Positions 10,888 through 22,800 of a stretch of 64,000 nucleotides of DNA are shown piece by piece. The stretch covers positions 19,778,001 to 19,842,000 of the forward strand of contig OZ249439.1 of NCBI GenBank assembly GCA_965235115.1. The letters are read 5' to 3'. The DNA is from Laetmonice hystrix (taxonomy: Eukaryota). Positions within the stretch are counted from its first letter, which is position 1. Every line of letters begins with the position of its first letter. The position numbers were made by a program, and so were the translations under genes. The notes below the pieces were generated by a model, which saw only the letters and a program-made list of their open reading frames with translations, was not told the DNA's origin and searched no databases.

Positions 10888-13837
10888 ATACTGTAATGAT
10901 TTGCATGCTTAATTCTCAAACCCACACTCCCTTCTACATGCGATATTGCTAAAAAAGCCCGTTAAAGATCAACTGGCACCAAATCAACCCTATTTTGACG
11001 CCCCCCCCCCGGAAGATTTGTGTAGGGGTAGGATCCATTGTCCTGCTCGACAACAACAATTAAAAAATCATACACATGGTACCGTGTGTGTAACAGATCT
11101 GTCCCAAGTTGTGACTGCTTGGTGGACATCACATCCAAACCAGCGCACCAGAACTATCAACGCCAGCAACTTAGCAGCTATTTTGCAGGGAAGGGGGTGA
11201 GAGTATGCGGCAGAAGTGTTGGGGACGTCAAGTATAAACTTCACCTCAAAAAGGTACTGTCCGTTTCGTTTACTCATGAGAGATTAAATGCATCGTAACA
11301 CTGCTTTGTCGGTACATGGGTCATCTCCAATTTCAAATCAGATGCATCACGTGTTTGAGGATGGTCCTTTTTAAACGTTTGGACTGGCAAACTTCCGTTT
11401 GACCACGCAAGTGTTCATTTCTGTCCGATGAGCTGCAGACCTGGAGGATGTCTGATTTTGAAGATATACAATTATGTTACGACTTGCCACCCTTCTTACT
11501 TTGCATATATATGCAGCTATTTGGTAGCATATATATGGAGCTATTTGATCAACCACAGAATATCCGACCTCACATTATGATGGGAAGTTGACTTCTAAAA
11601 GGAATGAAAACAGGAAATGTTTTCTGCCATGTGAAGGGGGGGGGGGGGGGGAGAGTCAACGGTGAATTAAGTTACAAAGAGTAACAACGACATTAAAGTG
11701 ATTTCAGTTAAGTGAGTTTAATTCGTTATATCTAGTACTTTTACAACTGTAAATATTGTTTTGGAAGCAAGCACTTCAAGTTCAATACGATATACAAAAC
11801 AAAATCCAAACACTCTTAATTACTGATGACCATAACTGCCTCCAGGGGGCAGTCCATGTCACCAGTCTATGACGTGCCAACACGGTTCAGCAAACTAGAA
11901 TGTTACGTTTGTGATCTTGGAGTTACAAATAGAATAACGTTTGATTTACAAAATATACCTTTGCAAAACGTTCTTACAAACAATACTGCTGACGGGACAT
12001 GCATATTGTTGTATTCTCAGGTTTGACTACACTTTGATATAAAGCTGTCCCTTTGTAGTCTTAAGGCCACTGCTTGCAGTCTTGTACATCCCACTACTGG
12101 TGATGACCACGCCATCAGCAGCTTCAGGAAGACCGCATAGTCAACACGTGACAAGTTCGTTTTACGTCACATGACCTGTCTACATCTTCTTAGCCACTTA
12201 TCCTGGGTCTTAACAACATTCAACGTCAGTACACAAATTAACAGGACTAAGAAAAACCATTAAAAAAAACACAAAAATTAAGCCTTTCTTGTCAGATGTA
12301 ACGGTGTGGATCTTACAACAACCAACAGTGATATTATTTAAACGAAGTATTTCCTGGCCTTTCGCCAAGCAACCCTGAGGCGCACAGCACCCAACTGTGA
12401 TCAAAATATTGTACCTTAAGCGACACATTTCTCCTACTGCTTGCTCAAATCTTACCACACCAAAATGCATATAAACTCACGGGAACAATTTCTGGAATGA
12501 CAAAAAGTGCAACTCAGGTGCACAGACAAGTTCTTTTTCTTCAAATATATCACATCACATCAGGTAGGTATCCCAGGACTGCTCCTCATGGTATAAACTG
12601 GGTGAAAAGAATGTGCTCAACAACATTTACAAAAATATTCTGGGGCCCCAAGTAATTTTATAATAACCTGATGAAAAATCTGTCAAAGTATTGTCCACTT
12701 AGGCAATCAAGGATCATGGACAGAAAGCACTATCTTCTTTCTAACTTCGTGGAGTTTCATATGATTACAACATTTGCAGGAATAAAGTATGTGTACAATA
12801 TTGTTTAATGGAAACCAGACCCGTATTTCTAAAAGGTTGGAAGCCAACATATGATGATAATATTTAAATAAGTAATTGAAACCTACATACATGCATCATT
12901 TTAAAAAAGTAGAAAAACCACAGACATTTACCACTGTACAATATTGGCAATAGTCATGCTCAGCATTTAGGGTCGATAGCCCTTTATATATGGCAGACGT
13001 TCATAATTATCGATACAAAGTTAATTACACTAGCATGCCATCTTGATACCTTCCAGTGCACAACACCTGCTTTTAGTTCAACTGGTAATATTAAATTAAT
13101 TAACAGAATATGTATCGTTTAGAAATTCTAGCAATTGTGAACTACACATGCTGACCAACCACATGTAGGTTATGTGCCACCTGGCAGCTTCACTACGCCC
13201 ACAATGAGAACATCACAGTGTCGTCCTCTGGGCTTACACACGTTGGTAAATGATGGTAGGTCTGGATGCATTGCAGAGCAGGCAGCTCCTAAACTAACCA
13301 CTAGAACTCGACAACCCTCGCTTCCTCAAATATTTTTCATTCGTTGACCCTAATCACCAGCCTTGTAGGTTAACTGACCTGCCAATAATAAATAGGTAGT
13401 GCACTTGTCAGCAGAAGGTGTAGTGACTTTGGATGCTTTCAGTGTCAGTTAAGGTATCTACAGACTCATTTTGAACGCATACAACAAGTGTCAATATTGT
13501 ACACATCATGGCAGTTTCCAATCATTACAAACTCTAGTTGTGTTTAACCTTGGAAGTTTTGTGACATGAACTGAATCCTCCGCTTGGTTCACATCATGGA
13601 CCAAAATATTCCTGACCACTTGGGTTCAGCTGGATGTTGTTTTCATGACCGCGGCAGGTGGCGGAGGTTAACGCTTGGCTCAATCTCTTGGTGGTATCAT
13701 CCTCAGTGATGTGGCCAATCCAAGGAGGAGGAGGAGGTGGAGACGGGGGAGGAGGAGAAGGAGGGGAGGTGGAGGAGGAGGAGGACAGTGTGACTCAGTC
13801 CTCCGTCAGCTGCCTGCTCACCCATCAATGTCGACAT

Positions 13838-16800
13838 CTAAAACGTGATGCTGGAGGCTCCACCTGGCGGCTGCCGATTGCGAGGAGATGCATTGGATTT
13901 GGGCTAGAAACAGAACCAATCAGTTAGTCTTACTCCTCTCTGAAAACCACGCCAAGAAAAACATGTAGCAGAAACACTGCAAGTTACCTAACAAGTACTT
14001 ACATTACCAATACAAGACACCTGGTGCATCTCATTACCACCGCTACACGTTACCCACAGAAACTAACAACATAAAGGAACAGGATAGGCCTAATCTAAAG
14101 ACTAAAAGGTTACTTCTTGAAATGGAAATGATCCAAAAACCTTGGTGGGGCACTGAACTAGAATCACCAGGTCATTAACATGGTGCAAAACCACAACTGG
14201 TACAGATACCAGGGAAGAACTGAAGATAAATACTGTGGCTAGAGGAAACAAGATTCTTTACTATTCAAAGCTCCGAACAGCCCAAGATCCAGGATTTGTG
14301 CTAGTGCCACTGTTCTACCTTTGCCCTTTCTGGGGATGGTGCAGGATTGCGTAGGTGCACAGTTATATCCCAAAGCACAAGTTCTGTACCCAGTGAGGTT
14401 TAGGTGGGGAGTGGGGGTGGGTGCATACGATGGTTACCAGTCCTCGTGCCACATGATAAGGTCAAATATCTAATGCTGGTATTGCTCAACTTTCTACAAA
14501 AGTACAAGTAATAACTTAGAGGCCCAATTTCTTACTAACCAAATAACTGAGACAAAGGTCTTTACTTAAGTGCGGGGAAGGGAACTGACAGCAACTTTGG
14601 CACAGTTTCAAAATAATTAACGTATGGATGCATAATTTAGATAGGCTTAGAGTTAACCTGAACTCTTCTGAACTGTCCCGACTCGTTCACAGCTTTGGCA
14701 CCAGAGGAACTGGGATTTTGCACTGACAAGATCAACCTGACAAAAATTATCAGGTTATAAGTAGGATCTACTTGAAACGCTTCGTCTTAAACATGGGAAA
14801 ATAAAAGAAAAATAAATAGATTTGAGAGCCTAACGTCAAATCAAAACAGATTTCCGAATAGAGCAACTGAATTTGTGAGAAACACTCAACAAGTAAACTG
14901 ACAACAATGAGAAACAAGGAAGCGAACCCTTTGTGGAAACAGTGGCCTTCTCTTCCGCTCCATCCTCTGTGGGTTTACAATGACAATCTTTACCATTTCC
15001 ATATTTATTCATATGGCCAACAAGCTACGGAACAAACCTTAAAATCCATCTGTCATCCAAAATAAGGCAGGCTTACAAGCTATTATTGATGGTTTTCAGG
15101 CTGTCCCCGCTGCCAGTCCAGCCTCCTGACCAGCCTAGAAACACACCTCTAAAGGTTCGCATACATTGCTATTCTTATCCTAATCCTTATAAATTATAGA
15201 GGGCATTTCAAATATTCCAGTCCCCCAGTGGCTTATCATAACTTCCCTAGGTTCTAAGAGACTGGAAACGTGTGTCTGGCTCAGGTAATGGTCACAGACA
15301 AGAAAATCTAAGGGTCACATCCCCTGGGTCACATCCCTTGGGAAACTCGCCAAAAACGTATGCCAAAGTACGAGGAGTTCAGCCTCAGTGGCAGTAGGCT
15401 ACTTCAAAGTTACCTAACCTGAAAAGCATGCGAGAATTCGTGACACAACGTTAGGAGGTTGGGACAGCGAATGTTTTAAGTACTAATTACTTTGTACAAA
15501 TGACGTGAAAAGGTAAACAACCACAACGTCGGCTGCCAAAAGTCATTTCTGTAGTCTAACTCCTTCACAAGCCAACTCTGGTACAGACATGCGAGCATAA
15601 AGATGATTTCTCAAACAGAGCGGCAACGGATGATCTCTGTAACACACGACTGACAATATGTCCACTCTCAGTCCCAATACAGGACCATGAGGCCCAGATT
15701 TAGTTGATAATCAGGACTACCAATTAGGTCTGACCTTAGTACACTGCTCTCATTTGGAAAGGTCACACACTAAGTGCAGTCAGTGTTAAATAAACCAATA
15801 AATAAATGAGTTCTTCATTAAATACGGCACATTATAATTATTAGGAATGATCTAATAAGTCTGCAGAGGCTCTTATCGTGTTATTTTTTTCTGGGTTAAA
15901 TAGTATAATAAATTTGGGGCTATGAAGCAGGAGGGGTGGCCATGGGCGTCACATGAAAACTGAGCCTTACAGGGGTGATGGCGTAGTGCTTCATCCACAG
16001 CTAGGAGCAATACAGGTACAAGACACAACAGGTCACATCACCAAACTTCACGAGAGAGACATGCATCCAACATTTACCACACCTACACTTCTACCATGTG
16101 CAACTTCATACAATTATTACCAAAATACGGATTTGCAAAGTTAAAAGTGTATCCATACATATAAATCTAGTTTTTCAGTGTACACTTGTAGAATCCCCAG
16201 GGAGTACGTAATTATCCTCTTGGTCATAACGGTCTCCAGTCATCATAGGTAGGACTTTTACTTCATTGCAGGATCATTCAATGCAATTTTTGCTCAACTA
16301 TGACATTCACATTGAAGTCGGAATCCTGAATGTACCTTACAACCATCCTATTTACTTTCCACTGGGGCCCTGGGGATTCTATTGAAAGATAAAAAGATTT
16401 TTCTTTGCATGCTTCGTCAGTCCTTTGAAAAATAATCCATTTCTAAGTTTACAGTGTTCTAGCAGGCACACCTATGGCAAACAGACACTTAGGGCTAAAA
16501 GACTGAAGGCTTATGGGACTACCGGTATATATAAAGTAGTTTTCTGGACACACACTGAATGATTTTATGCCGCCAAGACCTCAGAAAAGTTGTAAAAAAT
16601 ATATACAGAATTTAACAACGCAGATAAGTTGAGGTCTTATCATTTTAGACTATTAGAGACACCTCCCCAACCCCCTTGGCAACATGCCTATTTACAGATT
16701 ATGCATGCATTACTCACCGATCCGCTGTACTCTTCGCCAGTGATAGGGTTGTATTGTCCTAACAAAGACATCAAATATCGTTCAAATACCACTTATAACA

Positions 16801-19800
16801 TTCAAACAGTGAAACATTTTACATGAAATCTTAAAGTGGCAGACGCATGTTTTCAATTCCTAATATTAATCACTTTATCATTTACAACACTTGCAGCATA
16901 TCACAAAACCATGACAGTGTCCAACATTGTGTAGGGAAGCTGTTTAAAATTCAGTTTAAAATACCGACATCTGCCTCGAATAAACCACAAATTTTTAAAG
17001 CAAACACATACAGTTAACATCCTAAATACAATGTTTCTAACGAGGGATCACATACTTTCTGGAACTGGAGCTAGTACTAGCTACCCAGCACACACAATCA
17101 AGGTCTTAATATTTATAGTAAATCTTAAATATAATGTAAAAATACAAAATTTGTGAACACAAGAAAACATGCGAACTGCACGAATCAATGGAGAAATTTA
17201 TTATTTATCATGCTTAATCAATAAAATTAAAAAATTAAAAACTCGAGTTCCTATGCAATTTCAAAATCAGCAAATCAGACACATCTTTGAGCATATAAAT
17301 CTAATCTCATATCTGGCATCTCTGACAGGCACTGTAATGTCAGAAGCATGAGCCGTGTCAGTGGAGCAACGGACATGGCTTGTGATACCATCTCGTGTGT
17401 GTGTTCACAATGTCAATATTTACAGCAGGTATCCAATCTGAGTGGTGGCTAGTATAGAAAGATCTACGAGGCTAACTACACCTGTCTGACTGCCACCCAT
17501 TATTATTGCTACCGTTGGCCACGAGTTAGGTGCTACAGCAGCCAGGTGTTAACCATTTTATTCAACATTCAACGCTTGTTTAAACAGATTATATACTTCA
17601 CACCTGAGAATCAGACACAAACCCCATCACCTGACAACATATCAAACTGATAGGTTTGAGAAACACATTGCAAATAATTGCGATGGCCACATTGATAGTG
17701 TCAGCCTGGATCAGATGATCAGGGGGTTGTCTCAGCCATCAGGCAGGCACCATGAAATCAGTCAAGGCAACGGTCAAAAACATCTCCCCTTTACCAGTCA
17801 TTTCATACTCTTTGTATACCTTGGGAGTCATGCACATAGTAGCATACAGAAACATTGTCATGTCCTTCGACAGCAGGGATAGAAAGATATGCTGGAAATA
17901 GACCTGGTATTATTGACCTGCAAGAGAGGAAGATGAACACTGGAAGACAGGCAGTCACATGCATGGTCAAGAAGAACGCTATGACCAATACCAGTAAATG
18001 TGGCGACTTAATGGCACTGTTCTCCAACAGCCCTTCGTGAAAAAAAAGTCATGTTAGGGACAACTGGGGCTTTAGCAATGTTTTCTGTTGGCATCGCATT
18101 CATTCTCACAGATGTTGACCAACTGTTGTGAGATTTCTGTCTTTGCCTTGATGACATCTGGTATCATTAGGACGACTTGTGCCTCACTGAAGCTGGCCAT
18201 CTTGAGCACCACAAATCTCATCTTGCTTCACTAGCAGAACAAATCTATTCCATTTCCACATAGATTTAAACATGTCACTACCGTTCTCCACCTGGAACGC
18301 AAGGCTTCGTACATCTGGTTAAAAGCCAGGTTAAAGAATATACGTGTATTCAGAAACTCAGGACATTCCTAATCTAGCAGACTCTGTAAACTTTAAAAAT
18401 GCAACCAATATCTGATATCTTGAATAACCTTTGTTCTCCATTGCTAGGTCTCTGCCAGTAAAAATCCCTTTTTTAATCTTTGATCACTGAACCTACTTCA
18501 AGAGTGCAAAACACTTCACACATGAATAGAACACAACACAAGAATAACAAAGAAAAACTAAGGAGCTTGGCCAGACTATGCTCAAGGCATGAAGGTGAGA
18601 ATTCAGAATAGAAATAATTCTGAAATTATGATGCAAAAATTCTTTGCAACCTATAAGTTTCAGAGGTCGGTTTACGTAGTTAATGCCCTGAGCACCCTTA
18701 TGATTAAAATGTATTATTAATTTTTTAAATAATTTATTTATTGTTAATTTATAAGTTCATTGTAATAACACATGACATGTGTTATGCTTTTTTTCCAGAT
18801 GATAGCCCTAATAAAAATTCCTGCCAGGCGGCACTTTTTTAGTTTTGTGCTGGGTGGCTAAAATCTTGGGCACATCCCTGCAGTCCTGCCGACAATTACC
18901 ATAATCCCATTATCATGTGTGGTAAAACTGCTGTTTTAGTGAATTAATATACAACAGTTTAAATTCTAAGACACACTATTAGAAAAACATCACAAGTGAC
19001 TCAAGCTTTCACAATACTGGACTTTGGTCGATGCATGGTGCTCACAGAAAATACTCTTGCTTTCTTTATACTATAGGTGTGAATGGGAAGTTATTAACAT
19101 TCATCAATTTGTGTCTTCACCGAGAGCTGGTGTTTGTGTGGTGGGCGTGAGGAGAGAAAAGAAATAAAATATTTTATTGAATATTTCCCCAATTTGAATA
19201 TCCTCCCCCCCTTTATTTTTCTCATTTAGGACGGTTTGGGAAGCTCCTTCTGTGTTCTAGCCTCACGTGCACAGCGACATAAGACTGTTGTGTGCTCTGT
19301 GAAGCTTTAAATCTTATACCTCTGCCTCTGTTGGGGTCGGAGATCTTGCTGGGATTCCTGGCGCCATCAAAGAAGTCGGGGTTGTCCTGCATGGTGATTG
19401 GATTATAGGCACCTGGTAGGACAGACACGGCATGGATAACGAGAGAGAGCACAGTGTTAATTGGCTACAGACTAAACACCATACATCATTAAGTCTGTCT
19501 TACATGATTCACCCATGATTCAACCAAGGACAACATAGAAGCTTTGACAGCACAATTCAACCTTTGGCAGGCCAAGTCCAGCCACAGATTAGCCGGTAGT
19601 ATTGGAGAGGTTGACATAGGAGCAGATAGATCACCATACAGAGTTTGGAGAGGTTGACATAGGAGCAGATAGATCCACCATACAGAGTGCATACAGTCCA
19701 CACATACACGGTCAGTCTCATAACTTAAGTCCAATTACCCAGCCTCAACATCTCAATCATGGTACACCAGACAAAAGTGCTACTAGTACAACCGGCTATT

Positions 19801-22800
19801 GCAACTCTCCTCCTTTTGGAAATCACCTGGAATACAATCTTTAATAACATAATCATAGTATTGATCTCTTCATCATGTACTAGTTCATCATAAAACGGAG
19901 GCGCTTAATATTTGGTTGACGTCTGAGTCAAGATCTGTCCGATGCCACTCAAATATTTTCAAGCAATGGGTTGTGCAAGTCAAACTCGTGTACATGGCAA
20001 GATGCAAGAGCCCAGCATTTCATTTTAAAGTGCTTCCAATATGTACACAGTGCAAACCTTGCCCGGTCTCTCACGTTCGACTGCTGCCCATGCAAGGCCA
20101 TCAGTTAGGTGATCCCTTCCTTGTCGCCTCCTGAGGTTGAAAAATATAAATAAAAGTGTCTAGAAGCACCACGTGTTAGTGCGGGGAAAGGGTTGGGTGC
20201 AGCACTTGATAGCTGTCATCACCCCTACACCTTACCAGACGACCACGTATCAATGACGTCATTAAAGAAGGCCAAAACTTATCAATAGTTGCTACACAAA
20301 TAGTCGAGGTAGACTTTACTACATCTTTTCTAGAGGATTCCGGTTAACTACTGCTTGGTCCGTGTCTGATTAGCTGTGGTCTGATATTATTTGAATGCTA
20401 GGAGTTACGGGAATGTTTGGGACAGCTGTGTGTGCTGTGCAAGAGTGTATTGTCTGGAGGTGCAGGTCAGCTACAATATACCTCGCGGCGGTTTGGCTAT
20501 GTTGCGAACATTGGTGACAGGGGCCAAGGATGCTGCTTCAGCTTTCCTTTTCTCCTCCTCTTTCTTTTGTTCTTCATCTTCTTCGTCATCGCCCTCTCCA
20601 TCTGATACAAGTTAGATAATTTAAAAGAGGATGAAATCAATATCTTCTTGAAATCACTTGCATACCTACCATGTAATGATAACAAATAAAAATCCTGTAC
20701 AAAAGCAACATTGATGAATATAACGTAAACTTACAAAAGTTGTATAGAAATTCACATATTAGGGAATCACTACAACTACAAGCAAATAACAGGACATCAA
20801 AATTCATTCAATGTTAAAACCATACACCCAGTAGATAGCATCCTGGCTGCAGTCATATTGGTGAAGCAGGTCACTATCTCGAAATGTCAATTAACCTGTT
20901 AGCTAGAAGTAGTACTACTAGCGTAATAAACGAAAGCCTGTACCATTTTCCACTTGATAAATAAAAGAATCTCTCTCAAAAAAAAAAAAAAAAAACTACA
21001 GGCATGATTAGGGGAGGTGACACTGAACCCAGCCTGTGTCACGTTCTGGTCCATGCCAGTAGCTCTTCATCAACTCTTCGACAAAACACGTTTCATTGGG
21101 TTATCTTATAGAGTGTAGCAGAAAAGGAGGTGTACAACCAATGAGTTTTTGATTAATTAGTATCAGCTGTATACCTTCTTTTGGCCCACTCTATACTGTA
21201 CACATTAACACAGAGAAGATATCGGATTTGTATGCCTTGATGTAGTCCTACCAGAATAACTTAGGCTGGAATCAACCTGTAAATGGTTCTACATGATCAT
21301 AATAATATAAAACAGTGCACTGCAATACTTACACTTAGGGAAACTAATCGATTCCTCATGCATCAGTAACAAAATGTTAGTTATTCTATCAAGCTGTTAA
21401 TACTTACTAAGTTACTGGGAACATAATATTATAATTAAACGCCTACCACAGTAAACTCGAAGTAAAACCTCTCTTTAGATGCCATAGACTTTGACTCAAA
21501 AATGCCTTCTCCCAATCAAAAATAACTTACCCTGTATGCATAAAAAGGAAACTGCTGGTACACAACAACTGATCAGAGTTTGCTGGACGGAGACATTTGG
21601 ATGGTATTTCATAACATCATGCCATTCAAAATAAGGAGCCTATTTCAGTGAAGTTTGCTGGTCAACAAGGATAAGACACTCTGCTGAGCATTTCCAGCCC
21701 TCTAGTATCAAGGCTTTAACTACGTGATTGCCAGAGGTGGGACACTAGCCAGACTACTTTGTACAAATCGCTTGGGTTGCGAGGCCCACTCGCCTCTACG
21801 TGAGTTCAAGCAACGTCATCTGCCGGGCTACTTACTTTTTCTAGTGGTTTTCACAATTTTTACCACAAAAACATAGTGAATTGTGTCCAATCTAGCAGAA
21901 ATTTCTATGAACTAGTGCAAATGGAATGGTCACTAGTTTGATTAAATGAGTATGGTTGTCAATCATCTCGCAACCTCTGAAATTGAAACCCCCTCTTGCT
22001 TGTAGAGAAGACTTACGGTAGTTGTAAAAACATACGACCATTAACTTAAGAAATTCTTTTTCCTCCAGTGACAATAGATCGATTTGTGCACTGATCTGTT
22101 GAATCACGTAATCACCAACTGCTGGGTTGCAAGGTTTTTCCAGTTGGATGTTCCTTCTGGAGGCTCTCGGTTGCAACCTTGACTGAAACAGGCTTTTATT
22201 TAGTCCAACCTTCCAGACATGGACTGTAACAACCAGAACATGCAACTATAGGCATACTGAAAACTTAGGGATTACGATGGTTCAAAGGATGATTGAAGCT
22301 TCCACAATAACATGTTCTCTGAGCACGAAATGAAAAGCTTTTGTCTTGCAAAACACAGCAATTTTGCTGGACTTCTGGTGGACTGCACCATTGACCAGTC
22401 TCATATAAAAAATTTGGCCATAATTATCTATTAACCAGATAGAATTACAAAGAAAAGACCGTAGAGAGTCTCAGTTTTTAGGTCCTTCAGTATGCTGCAT
22501 GACGCTAACTCAGTGACTGAGCACTGCATAAATTGCACCAAACTGATGAATGCTCTAGAGATCCAATTTATTCCAAAGCCTACTTAACTCTTCCCTCTAC
22601 TGTTAGCCACTCATAGTTGTGCAGGTTTTCGACATTCCTGCTTGGGAGCTGGTGAGAATGGCTTCACTTTGGCGGGAAATAATTTGTCTCATCACAGAAA
22701 AATATTCTGGACTGAGAGCATTATGATGTTTATGAACAGGACAGGCATAACTTTTTACCAGTGCTGACGCCAGACTTCCCAGAGAGATACTGTCAAAGAG

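Noticed and set aside
14328-14392. Alternative phase 1-to-0 bridge exon for JPT (65 nt or 11 nt, ending ...RAK|GTAGAA)
   Set aside because: Splice signals are weaker than for 16356-16378; kept only as a fallback.
14500-15300. Faint similarity to the 3' end of a LINE reverse transcriptase
   Set aside because: Only scattered 2-3 residue matches across many frameshifts; not supportable without an HMM search.
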